Below, piece after piece: positions 9,588-16,445 of a DNA stretch of 34,488 nucleotides. How positions within the stretch are numbered: the first letter of the stretch is position 1; every line of letters starts with the position of its first letter. The notes beneath the pieces are model-generated. The model was given only the letters and a program-made list of their open reading frames with translations, was not told the origin of the DNA and made no database searches. The position numbers and the translations under genes were made by a program. Where the stretch lies: sequence record SRR20825006_2411. The stretch is one strand, 5' to 3'.

Positions 9588-9938
9588 TTAGGCGAGCAGA
9601 TCCCGGAGCCGTGCCTGGGACTCCTGCGGGATTTCCGCAGTGCCGATGCGGCGGATCAGCTCTTCCATGGATTGCGGGGTCGGGGGCAGGGCCCCGGCAA
9701 TGACGGCAGCGGCAAAATCGGCGGTGCGATTGCGCTCCGGTTCTGCCGGACGCTCCTGTTTCTGCTCAGGACGCTCGAAGGGCAGCTTGCCGTCCTTGTC
9801 GCCCGGCCTGGCGCTGGAGGGCGATTTCTGCGTGCTGTCTTGCAGCATTGTGCGCTCGCCCATGGCAGGGCGATAGCGGTATTCGCTTAGATTAGCAGAG
9901 CCCGGAGAGACGGGCTCGACGGTGAGGCTCGCAACCAT
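9588..9938 (-). CDS. Hypothetical protein (~116 aa), flagellar-cluster associated
   Basis: ORF 9588..9959; likely ATG at 9938 after GGGGGACAAGG. C-terminus FAAAVIAGAL...RLRDLLA. No family recognised. Confidence 0.6.
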   Translation of the reverse strand: MVASLTVEPVSPGSANLSEYRYRPAMGERTMLQDSTQKSPSSARPGDKDGKLPFERPEQKQERPAEPERNRTADFAAAVIAGALPPTPQSMEELIRRIGTAEIPQESQARLRDLLA

Positions 9939-10037
9939 AACCTTGTCCCCCGAATGCACCTATTCGCGGAAACCCTAAGTTGCGGCCCTTATCCTCACGT
10001 AACCATCGCGTTGCGCATTTGAGTCAAATGCCACCCG

Positions 10038-10505
10038 TCAGAGGGCGCGATTGACGGCGATGCCCTTGGCCGATGCATTGGGGTCGGCGGCGACAGTACC
10101 GGCAGTGCCATAGGTCTTGGCGCGGTTCTGCTGGCCAACCATGCGCGCCACGTCGGTGAGCACGTCTTCGGTGACCGTCTTGGCCGTGGCCAGGACCCGC
10201 AGATTTTCTGCCATTTGGGTGGCCAGGCTTTCATGGCCGGCGCGGAGCCGCTCCATGGATTGGGGAGCTTCGGCGTTGAGGCGCGCCGCCTGGCGCTGGA
10301 TGGAGCGGGCAAAGCCAACATAGTCCTGCGCGAGGCGCGTCTTGTCCGGCGTCAACTGCCCGGCCTGACGGAGATGGCCGGCGCGCAGCAGGGTGGTTTC
10401 CTGGTTCATGACATCGACCAGGGATGCAAGGGCCTGTTCGGCGTGATTGCACAGCTCTTCTGCCGGCAGGGCGTCAAGGGCGGCAAGGCGGGCGGCTGCA
10501 GTCAT
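10038..10505 (-). CDS. FlgN-like flagellar export chaperone
   Basis: Helical 155 aa protein (LVDVMNQETTLLRAG..K..L; LAT..AENLRVL; TYG near the C-terminus). Start overlaps the flgJ stop (ATGA). Confidence 0.65.
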   Translation of the reverse strand: MTAAARLAALDALPAEELCNHAEQALASLVDVMNQETTLLRAGHLRQAGQLTPDKTRLAQDYVGFARSIQRQAARLNAEAPQSMERLRAGHESLATQMAENLRVLATAKTVTEDVLTDVARMVGQQNRAKTYGTAGTVAADPNASAKGIAVNRAL

Positions 10506-10849
10506 TTTCCGTACACTCCGGCACTGGGGACATTTTTGTTGAAGTTATTGGCGGCGCGGCTGGCATTGGCCGCTTCCTGCGAGGCGATCATCTGGCTCAT
10601 CAGATCATCGGCAATGCCGACGCCGCCGCTGCTGGCAATGGAATTGGCAAGCTGTTCGGCCTGCATGGAGCGCCAGGTTTCCTCGCCAAAGCCGCCACCG
10701 CCGAAATTCTCGTCGCTTTTGACCGTGGCGAACATTTCCTTGGTCAGCATGTTGAGAAAGACGCCTTCGAGTTCCTCGGCCTGGGCGCGCATGCGCTGCA
10801 TCTGGGCCGGGGTGATGGTGGAGCCGGTTTCGCTGATCGTGTTCATCAC
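10502..10849 (-). CDS. flgJ: Rod-binding FlgJ (short, no muramidase domain)
   Basis: AEELEGVFLNMLTKEMF..GGGGFGEETWRSMQAEQLANSIASSGGVGIAD; directly downstream of flgI. Confidence 0.88.
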   Translation of the reverse strand: MMNTISETGSTITPAQMQRMRAQAEELEGVFLNMLTKEMFATVKSDENFGGGGFGEETWRSMQAEQLANSIASSGGVGIADDLMSQMIASQEAANASRAANNFNKNVPSAGVYGK

Positions 10850-11964
10850 AGCACCTCGATTTCGGCCTGCAGGGCGCCGGTGGCCTTGATGGCCTGGAGG
10901 ATGGCGATCAGATCGCGCGGCGAGATGCCCAGCGCGTTGAGCCCGTCAACAAGCTGCTGCAGCGTCACCGATTCATTGACCACCTGCAGGGCGGTATCGG
11001 ACTGGTTGACGTTCAGATTGGTGTTGGGCTCGACCGCCGTTTCCCCAAGCGTCAGCGGATTGGGCTGCACCACTTCGGGGTTTTCCGCGATGGTGACGGT
11101 GAGGTTGGACTGGGCCACGGCGACGCTCGACACGCGGACATCCTTGCCCATGACGATAATGCCGGAGTTTTCGTCGATGACGATCTTGGCAGTCTGGTCC
11201 GTCTGCACGATCAACTGCTCGATATCGGTGAGCAGGTCGACGATATTGCCGTTGAAATTGCGCGGCAGGGTCAGCCGGACGGTGGCGGGATCCTCCGGCA
11301 CGGCCGTGGGGGCGCCGATGAAGTCGTTGACGGCCAGGGCAATGCGGCGGGCCGTGGTCAGGTCGGGATTGCGCAGGGCCAGTCGCAGCGTGTGCTGCGA
11401 GCCGAGATGGAAGTCGATTTCGCGTTCGATCAGGGCGCCCGAGGAAATTCGGCCGGTCGTCGGCACTCCGGAGATGACGCTGGCCGCGTCGCCCTGGGCG
11501 CTGAAGCCGTTGATCAGCACCGGGCCCTGGGCGATGGCATAGACTTCACCATCGGCGCCGAGCAGGGGCGTGACCAGCAATGTGCCGCCCTGCAGGCTGT
11601 CGGCATCGCCCAGGGCGGCGACCGACACATCCATGCGCGACCCTTGCGTGGAGAAAGGCGGCAGATTGGCAGTGACCATGACGGCGGCAACATTTGCCGT
11701 GCGAACGTTCTCGCCCTGGGTGTTGACGCCAAGCCGTTCGAGCATGGATTGCAGCGACTGCTTGGTGAAGGGGGAATTGTTGAGGCTGTCGCCGGTGCCG
11801 TTGAGGCCAACCACAAGACCATAACCCACGAGCTGATTCTCGCGGACCCCTTCCATATCCACGATGTCCTTGATGCGGGCAGGCGCCGCCTGCACGGACG
11901 TCATGGGCGACAGGATGAGCGCAAGGGTCAGCGTGGCGGCGGCTATGGTTCGGATCAGGCGCAT
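10846..11964 (-). CDS. flgI: P-ring protein FlgI
   Basis: RIKDIVDMEGVRENQLVGYGLVVGLNGTGD motif and signal peptide; ATG at 11964 after GGGGA. Confidence 0.97.
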   Translation of the reverse strand: MRLIRTIAAATLTLALILSPMTSVQAAPARIKDIVDMEGVRENQLVGYGLVVGLNGTGDSLNNSPFTKQSLQSMLERLGVNTQGENVRTANVAAVMVTANLPPFSTQGSRMDVSVAALGDADSLQGGTLLVTPLLGADGEVYAIAQGPVLINGFSAQGDAASVISGVPTTGRISSGALIEREIDFHLGSQHTLRLALRNPDLTTARRIALAVNDFIGAPTAVPEDPATVRLTLPRNFNGNIVDLLTDIEQLIVQTDQTAKIVIDENSGIIVMGKDVRVSSVAVAQSNLTVTIAENPEVVQPNPLTLGETAVEPNTNLNVNQSDTALQVVNESVTLQQLVDGLNALGISPRDLIAILQAIKATGALQAEIEVL

Positions 11965-12023
11965 GGTCAATTTCCCCGAGTGATGCCGCGCCATCCCCAT
12001 GGTGCGACCTTCACAGGGGTAAA

Positions 12024-12039
12024 TGCCAGAACCGTGCCA
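12024..12039 (-). promoter_or_regulatory. sigma54 (-24/-12) promoter of flgI
   Basis: Minus strand TGGCACGGTTCTGGCA (GG-N10-GC). Confidence 0.75.
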
Positions 12040-12114
12040 GATTGTTATCGATGATCTAATGCGTTGATCTAAAAGGGTTTTTCTTTGATTGCAGTTTGGG
12101 CTGATATTGCCACT

Positions 12115-12173
12115 GAGCAATTCTTGCCGGGCCTGTTAAGGGCTTGTTAACCCGAGTGGGCAGAATTTGCCGG
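12115..12173. promoter_or_regulatory. CtrA box (12136-12151) flanked by ftr-like FlbD sites between flgI and fliX
   Basis: TTAA-GGGCTTG-TTAAC; CCCGGCAAGAATTGCTC (minus strand, 12115-12131); GGCAGAATTTGCC (12159-12171). Confidence 0.75.
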
Positions 12174-12202
12174 TATTCGACACGCCAAGTGAGTCAGGCC
12201 TT

Positions 12203-12622
12203 TTGCGCATCGACGCAACCAATCGCAGTGGGAATGTTGCCGGCCGGTCATCGACGGGCAAGGCGGGCAATGGTCCGGCCTTTGTACCGGCCGGGGAGCA
12301 GGAACCCCAGCGGGTCAATGCGACCGCGCCGTCCACAGCGACAACCGGGATCGATGCTATCCTGGCTTTGCAGGCGAATGGTGATTTTTCCGAAAGCCGC
12401 CGCAAGGCCGTTAAGAAGGGCACAAGGCTGCTCGACCTGCTGGAGGATATGAAGGCCGACCTGCTGATCGGCAGGGTTGCGCCGGATCGCCTCGACACCA
12501 TGGTGACCCAATTGCGCAATCTGCGTGAACGGGTAGAGCCCGAACTGGACGCGGTTCTCGATGATATCGAGTTGCGGGTTCTGGTTGAGTTAGCCAAGCT
12601 GGGACGATATCCCCAGATTTGA
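12203..12622 (+). CDS. fliX: Flagellar assembly regulator FliX
   Basis: GIDAILALQ..RRKAVKKG..LLDLLEDMKADLL..L..VLDDIELRVLVELAKL; divergent from flgI as in Caulobacter. Probable TTG start at 12203 (ORF track starts at 12167). Confidence 0.92.
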   Translation: MRIDATNRSGNVAGRSSTGKAGNGPAFVPAGEQEPQRVNATAPSTATTGIDAILALQANGDFSESRRKAVKKGTRLLDLLEDMKADLLIGRVAPDRLDTMVTQLRNLRERVEPELDAVLDDIELRVLVELAKLGRYPQI

Positions 12623-12723
12623 TCCGGTCACGATTTAACTATCCGTCATCAAGTTGTAGCCAATTTTGGGCTATGCGCCTGATGCGCCGCAGTTTCTTGC
12701 GTTAACGAGTGGTAACTTGTGTG

Positions 12724-12760
12724 CTTGCGGGCGAACGGCGAGGCGCATATATAGGCCGCC
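12724..12760 (+). promoter_or_regulatory. Putative sigma70 promoter of dksA with GC-rich discriminator
   Basis: CTTGCG-N17-ATATAT, then AGGCCGCC; resembles the rhizobial CTTGAC-N17-CTATAT consensus. Confidence 0.5.
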
Positions 12761-12788
12761 AAGGGCGCATTGGAGGTTGAGTCTGCTG

Positions 12789-13205
12789 ATGTCTTCGGTT
12801 GAACTTACGGATTATCGACCCAGCGAGGACGAGCCGTTTATGAACCCGCGCCAGCGGGAATATTTCAGGAACAAGCTGCACGCTTGGAAGGACGAGATCT
12901 TGCGCGAAAGCCGCCTGACTCTCGAGAACCTCCAGGAGGAGAGCCAGAACCATCCGGACATGGCCGATCGCGCCAGTTCGGAAAGCGATCGCTCGCTGGA
13001 ACTGCGAACCCGTGATCGCCAGCGCAAGCTGATTTCCAAGATCGATGCCGCGCTCAAGCGCATTGACGATGGGACTTACGGCTATTGCGAGGAAACCGGC
13101 GATCCGATCGGTTTGGCGCGGCTCGATGCCCGTCCGACAGCGACGCTGAGCCTGGAAGCCCAGGAATTGCACGAGCGCCGCGAAAAGGTCTATCGCGACG
13201 AGTAG
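12789..13205 (+). CDS. dksA: RNA polymerase-binding protein DksA (alphaproteobacterial one-Cys type)
   Basis: YRPSEDEPFMN..DMADRASSE (DxxDxA)..GTYGYCEETGDPIGLARLDARPTATLS; GGAGG upstream. Confidence 0.95.
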   Translation: MSSVELTDYRPSEDEPFMNPRQREYFRNKLHAWKDEILRESRLTLENLQEESQNHPDMADRASSESDRSLELRTRDRQRKLISKIDAALKRIDDGTYGYCEETGDPIGLARLDARPTATLSLEAQELHERREKVYRDE

Positions 13206-13220
13206 GCCGAGAGCTGAACT

Positions 13221-13250
13221 GAAAAAGCCCGCAGCGATGCGGGCTTTTTC
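13221..13250. terminator. Bidirectional terminator between dksA and the YciI gene
   Basis: GAAAAAGCCCGCA-GCGA-TGCGGGCTTTTTC. Confidence 0.85.
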
Positions 13251-13268
13251 TTTCCGGGCTCTCGCTGC

Positions 13269-13691
13269 TCAGCTGCCGGGCGTGCGTTGGGCATTGCGGT
13301 CGTGGATGGCCTGAACGTCGGGCGTCATTTCGTTGGCGAAGTCGGACATTTCGAATACCGGGCGGATGTCGATATCGCTTTCGGCGAACATGGGATTGGG
13401 GCAACGCTTGACCCATTCGACCGCCTCGTCCATGTCGCGCACTTCCCAGATCCAGAAGCCGGCGACGATTTCCTTGGTTTCGGCAAAGGGGCCGTCGATC
13501 ACCGAGCGGTCCGAACCGGAAAAATGCACGCGCTTGGCGTGCTTGGTGGCCTTGAGACCATCGCCGCCCAGCATGATGCCGGCATTGATCAGTTCTTCAT
13601 TGTACTTGCCCATGGCCTCGAGCAGTTCGGTGTTGGGCATGACGCTGTTTTCACTGTCCGCAGTGGCTTTGACGAATACGACTACACGCAT
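13269..13691 (-). CDS. YciI/DGPF-domain protein
   Basis: VIDGPFAETKEIVAGFWIWEV..EAVEWVKRCP motif; ATG at 13691 after GGAGAGAG. Confidence 0.9.
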   Translation of the reverse strand: MRVVVFVKATADSENSVMPNTELLEAMGKYNEELINAGIMLGGDGLKATKHAKRVHFSGSDRSVIDGPFAETKEIVAGFWIWEVRDMDEAVEWVKRCPNPMFAESDIDIRPVFEMSDFANEMTPDVQAIHDRNAQRTPGS

Positions 13692-13805
13692 TTCTCTCTC
13701 CTGTTTTTTGCCGCAGGCCCGATTGCCTGTCTGCTGAGCCGACGAGTGGCGGCGAAAGGCTTCGACAAATTTTCTCGTAGATTGCTCGTCAAGGACAGGG
13801 AAAAG

Positions 13806-13835
13806 CAAAAACGGGGCCCGAAGACCCCGCTTTTG
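13806..13835 (-). terminator. Probable terminator after the second curlin gene
   Basis: Imperfect hairpin CAAAAACGGGGCC-CGAA-GACCCCGCTTTTG with a U-run on the minus strand. Confidence 0.6.
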
Positions 13836-13854
13836 ATGATGCATTGCGCCCGGA

Positions 13855-14268
13855 TCAGAAGCCGATGACCGTGGTGATCCCGCTCTGATTGTCACCGTTC
13901 TGCAGGCATTGCGCGTTGGTGGCTTCGCCGAACTGGAACAAGCCGCAGCTATTGTTATTGCCGTTCTGGTTGATGGAGCCGTTATGGCCATCGCCTTCCT
14001 GCCAGATCAGGCCGTGATTGCCCGAGCCGTTCTGATTGAACCCGGCCGAATTGCCCGAGCCGTTCTGGTAGCCATTGGCGCCGCTGGCCGAGAGGCCCTG
14101 CATCAGCGAAAACATCTGCAGCCCCACGCCCAGGGCCTGGGCCTGATCGGGGTCGGAAGGGGCAAAGCCGATGGCGATCTGGCCGCCGGCCATGGCGGGT
14201 GCTGCCGAAAGGCCGAGAATGGCGGCGGTGAGCGTGGCGGCGATGGTGCGGGTGAAGCTGGTGGTCAT
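13855..14268 (-). CDS. Secreted curlin-repeat protein (CsgB-like minor subunit/nucleator candidate)
   Basis: Signal peptide ending APAMA; ~6 tandem 11-aa N-x5-Q-x-G-x2 half-repeats (NSAGFNQNGSG, NHGLIWQEGDG, HNGSINQNGNN...); RBS GGAGA. Confidence 0.85.
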   Translation of the reverse strand: MTTSFTRTIAATLTAAILGLSAAPAMAGGQIAIGFAPSDPDQAQALGVGLQMFSLMQGLSASGANGYQNGSGNSAGFNQNGSGNHGLIWQEGDGHNGSINQNGNNNSCGLFQFGEATNAQCLQNGDNQSGITTVIGF

Positions 14269-14333
14269 CTGTGTTCTCCAAAAACTGTGTTTGCGTTCCC
14301 TTGCTGCTGGTCTTCCCAGCGCTTGAGATCACC

Positions 14334-14386
14334 CTAGATCTGCGGTCCTGAACCGGTTCGGAGCAGGCCGTTCAGACAGCGTTCAG
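14334..14386 (-). promoter_or_regulatory. Curlin promoter motif, copy 1
   Basis: CTAG-N12-GAAC-N7-GAGC-N5-GTTCA-N6-GTTCAG; same spacing as the copy at 15388-15440. Confidence 0.7.
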
Positions 14387-14401
14387 CCATTGGGTCCGAT
14401 C

Positions 14402-14428
14402 AAAAAAAACGCCCCGCCGAAGCGGGGC
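14402..14428 (-). terminator. Terminator after csgH
   Basis: GCCCCGC-CGAA-GCGGGGC preceded on the plus strand by A8 (U8 on the minus strand). Confidence 0.85.
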
Positions 14429-14452
14429 AGTGGGGAAGGAACGGGTATGCGT

Positions 14453-14833
14453 TCAGGTGTGGGTGAGCAGCGGCGCGGAACAATCGAGCCGCTTGCCATC
14501 GGCAGAGATGGTGAAGTCGACATCTATCGATGCCCCGACATTGACCATCACCTTGCCGAGCGAGACGGGAGCGCCGGGCGCAACGGAGAATTGTCCGCCC
14601 TGGCTGATATTGCTGGTGCCGCCGGCGCCCTGGCTCTTGAGCGCGAAACGATATTCGCCGGTGAGCGCCGTGGGGCTTTCGACAATGCCTTCAATGGCCA
14701 GCAGACCGCGTTCGGTCTGGGTGGAAATGCCGCAATTGAGGTCGGCGTCATTGCTGGTGGCGTGGGCGGCAGCGCCGGCCAGGGCCAGAGCGCCAAACGC
14801 CAGAAGGCCGATGCGAAGTGTGGAGTGAACCAT
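14453..14833 (-). CDS. csgH: Curli-associated chaperone CsgH
   Basis: Signal peptide; Cys near each end of the mature chain (LNCGI, LDCSAP); core GEYRFALKSQGAGGTSNISQGGQFSV; lies between two curlin genes. Confidence 0.85.
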   Translation of the reverse strand: MVHSTLRIGLLAFGALALAGAAAHATSNDADLNCGISTQTERGLLAIEGIVESPTALTGEYRFALKSQGAGGTSNISQGGQFSVAPGAPVSLGKVMVNVGASIDVDFTISADGKRLDCSAPLLTHT

Positions 14834-14892
14834 GATGTCCTCCTGTTAAGAATGGGGTGGGACCGGCTTTGGCCGGCCCCGGGGCGTTCGGG

Positions 14893-15327
14893 TTACGGGC
14901 AGACCTGAACGAAGGCGCTGACATTGTTGGAACCGTGCTGGACCATATTGGCATTGCAGCCATTGCCCACCTGTACGCCGGCGGCGGTGTTGCCATTGCC
15001 GTCCTGGGTCAGGATCGCGTTGTGATCGTCGCCGAACTGGGCAACACCGCCCTGGTTGTTCCAGCCGTCCTGCCAGACGTCGCCGTAATTGTTGTTGCCG
15101 TCCTGGCCGATGGCGGACGTGTTGTTGCCGCCGTTCTGATTGGAAACACCGGTGTTCCAGTTGCCGTCCTGATAGGCACCGAAAGTGTTGTTCCAGCCGG
15201 ACTGGCCACCGCCGACGGCGTTGCCGAAGCCGTATTGCTCGATGAACAGGCTATTGGCCATGGCGGGGGCAGCGGCACCGGCGATGACAGTGGCGGCCAG
15301 GGTGGTGATGAGAAGCTTGCGGATCAT
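14893..15327 (-). CDS. Secreted curlin (CsgA-like major subunit candidate)
   Basis: Signal peptide ending APAMA followed directly by 11 consecutive ~11-aa N-x5-Q-x-G half-repeats; N/G/Q-rich; RBS AAGGAG. Confidence 0.9.
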   Translation of the reverse strand: MIRKLLITTLAATVIAGAAAPAMANSLFIEQYGFGNAVGGGQSGWNNTFGAYQDGNWNTGVSNQNGGNNTSAIGQDGNNNYGDVWQDGWNNQGGVAQFGDDHNAILTQDGNGNTAAGVQVGNGCNANMVQHGSNNVSAFVQVCP

Positions 15328-15387
15328 TGGTCGTCTCCTTGGGTTGGGGCAGCGGTCCCTCCGACCGCGTCGTTGATGGAGACTGTT

Positions 15388-15440
15388 CTAGGGGAGTGAT
15401 TTGGAACGCTCACTGAAGCAGGGGTTCATGTGGCGTTCAG
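15388..15440 (-). promoter_or_regulatory. Curlin promoter motif, copy 2
   Basis: CTAG-N12-GAAC-N7-GAAG-N5-GTTCA-N6-GTTCAG; constant 1054-bp offset from copy 1. Confidence 0.7.
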
Positions 15441-15593
15441 GCTGTGGCGGCCCGTTTCGACCAGAGGTGCGCGGGAAATAAAACCGGATCACATTCTCGT
15501 CACTTCTGGAAATTAGGAAGGCTTTTGTCGTCATTGGGTGGCGGCGAGGGCCCGGCCCAGACCAAAAATTCACACAAACACCCGGGATGCATT

Positions 15594-16001
15594 ATGATCC
15601 AGAAAAATACAATTCGCGCTCTTCTAGTTTCTTCGGCTCTTTTACTTGGCTTGATTTCGACAGGTGGTGCATTTGCACAAGAGTCGATGATGCAGGAGGC
15701 GCCTTCTACTTCCCTGGTGTCGGCGGATTTCGATGGCGCGGAACTTGATTCCTTTGTTCAGGCCTATATCGAGGTGAACATGATCGGTCAGACCTTCGCG
15801 CCACAGATGCAATCGGCGGCCACGCCGGAAGAGCAGATGCAGGTGCAGACTGAGGCCAGCGAGCAGATGATGGGCGCGATTGAGGCCGTGGAGGGTATCA
15901 ACCTCGAACGCTACAACGAGATCATGGCCGTGGCGCAGAACGACACTGATCTGGCCACGCGCATCAATACGCGGCTCGAATCGGCTGCAACCACTCAGTA
16001 G
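15594..16001 (+). CDS. Secreted DUF4168-like helical protein
   Basis: Signal peptide (GAFA|QE); ELDSFVQAYIEV...GINLERYNEIMAVAQNDTDLATRI pattern typical of DUF4168. Confidence 0.75.
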   Translation: MIQKNTIRALLVSSALLLGLISTGGAFAQESMMQEAPSTSLVSADFDGAELDSFVQAYIEVNMIGQTFAPQMQSAATPEEQMQVQTEASEQMMGAIEAVEGINLERYNEIMAVAQNDTDLATRINTRLESAATTQ

Positions 16002-16009
16002 TCAGTTTC

Positions 16010-16039
16010 TCGGCCGTCCCGGGTGATCAGGACGGCCGA
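16010..16039. terminator. Inverted repeat between convergent genes
   Basis: TCGGCCGTCC-N10-GGACGGCCGA; no clear U-tract. Confidence 0.5.
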
Positions 16040-16054
16040 CGCTTGCGCGTCCGA

Positions 16055-16405
16055 TCACGCGCTTTCGGACTGTCTCAAGCCAAATATCGTGCCGTTGGGA
16101 TCTGTTGCATACACCAAGCGCCCCTGTCCGGGGATGGCGTTTATGTCGCCGGCCTGCGTGCCGCCAGAGGCAACAATCGCGGACAAGGTCGCTTCGAGAT
16201 CATCCACCGCAAACCAGATGATGGTCTTCTGATCCTTGTAACGCCGGTTCATGATCGCGCCGACCGTGCCGGTTGCGTCGCTCAACAGCACGTAGTCGGG
16301 CGCGAATGGGGATGGGGACGATGTGAGGCCAAGCACCTCGGCATAGAAACCGGCGGTTGCAGTGGCATCGGTCGCCGTGGTCTCGAAATGGACAATAGAG
16401 GTCAT
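16055..16405 (-). CDS. VOC/glyoxalase-family protein
   Basis: IVHFE..FYAEVLG..WFAVDDLEATL..IPGQGRLVYATDPNGTIFGL; RBS GGAGAAG. Confidence 0.88.
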   Translation of the reverse strand: MTSIVHFETTATDATATAGFYAEVLGLTSSPSPFAPDYVLLSDATGTVGAIMNRRYKDQKTIIWFAVDDLEATLSAIVASGGTQAGDINAIPGQGRLVYATDPNGTIFGLRQSESA

Positions 16406-16445
16406 TGGTCTTCTCCAGATTGCTAGGAGTACCAAGACTGGCCCG

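Noticed and set aside
12702-12716. CtrA-like TTAA...GTAAC upstream of dksA
   Set aside because: Spacer is 6 nt rather than 7; at most a half-site.
12789-13205. DksA lacking the four-Cys zinc finger
   Set aside because: One-Cys DksA is the known alphaproteobacterial form, so not novel.
14854-14884. GC-rich hairpin between the major curlin and csgH as a stoichiometry attenuator
   Set aside because: Stem is imperfect with no convincing U-tract; not supportable from sequence alone.
14893-15260. 33-bp periodicity as a CRISPR array or tandem DNA repeat
   Set aside because: Explained by the 11-aa curlin protein repeats; no identical direct repeats with spacers and no cas genes.
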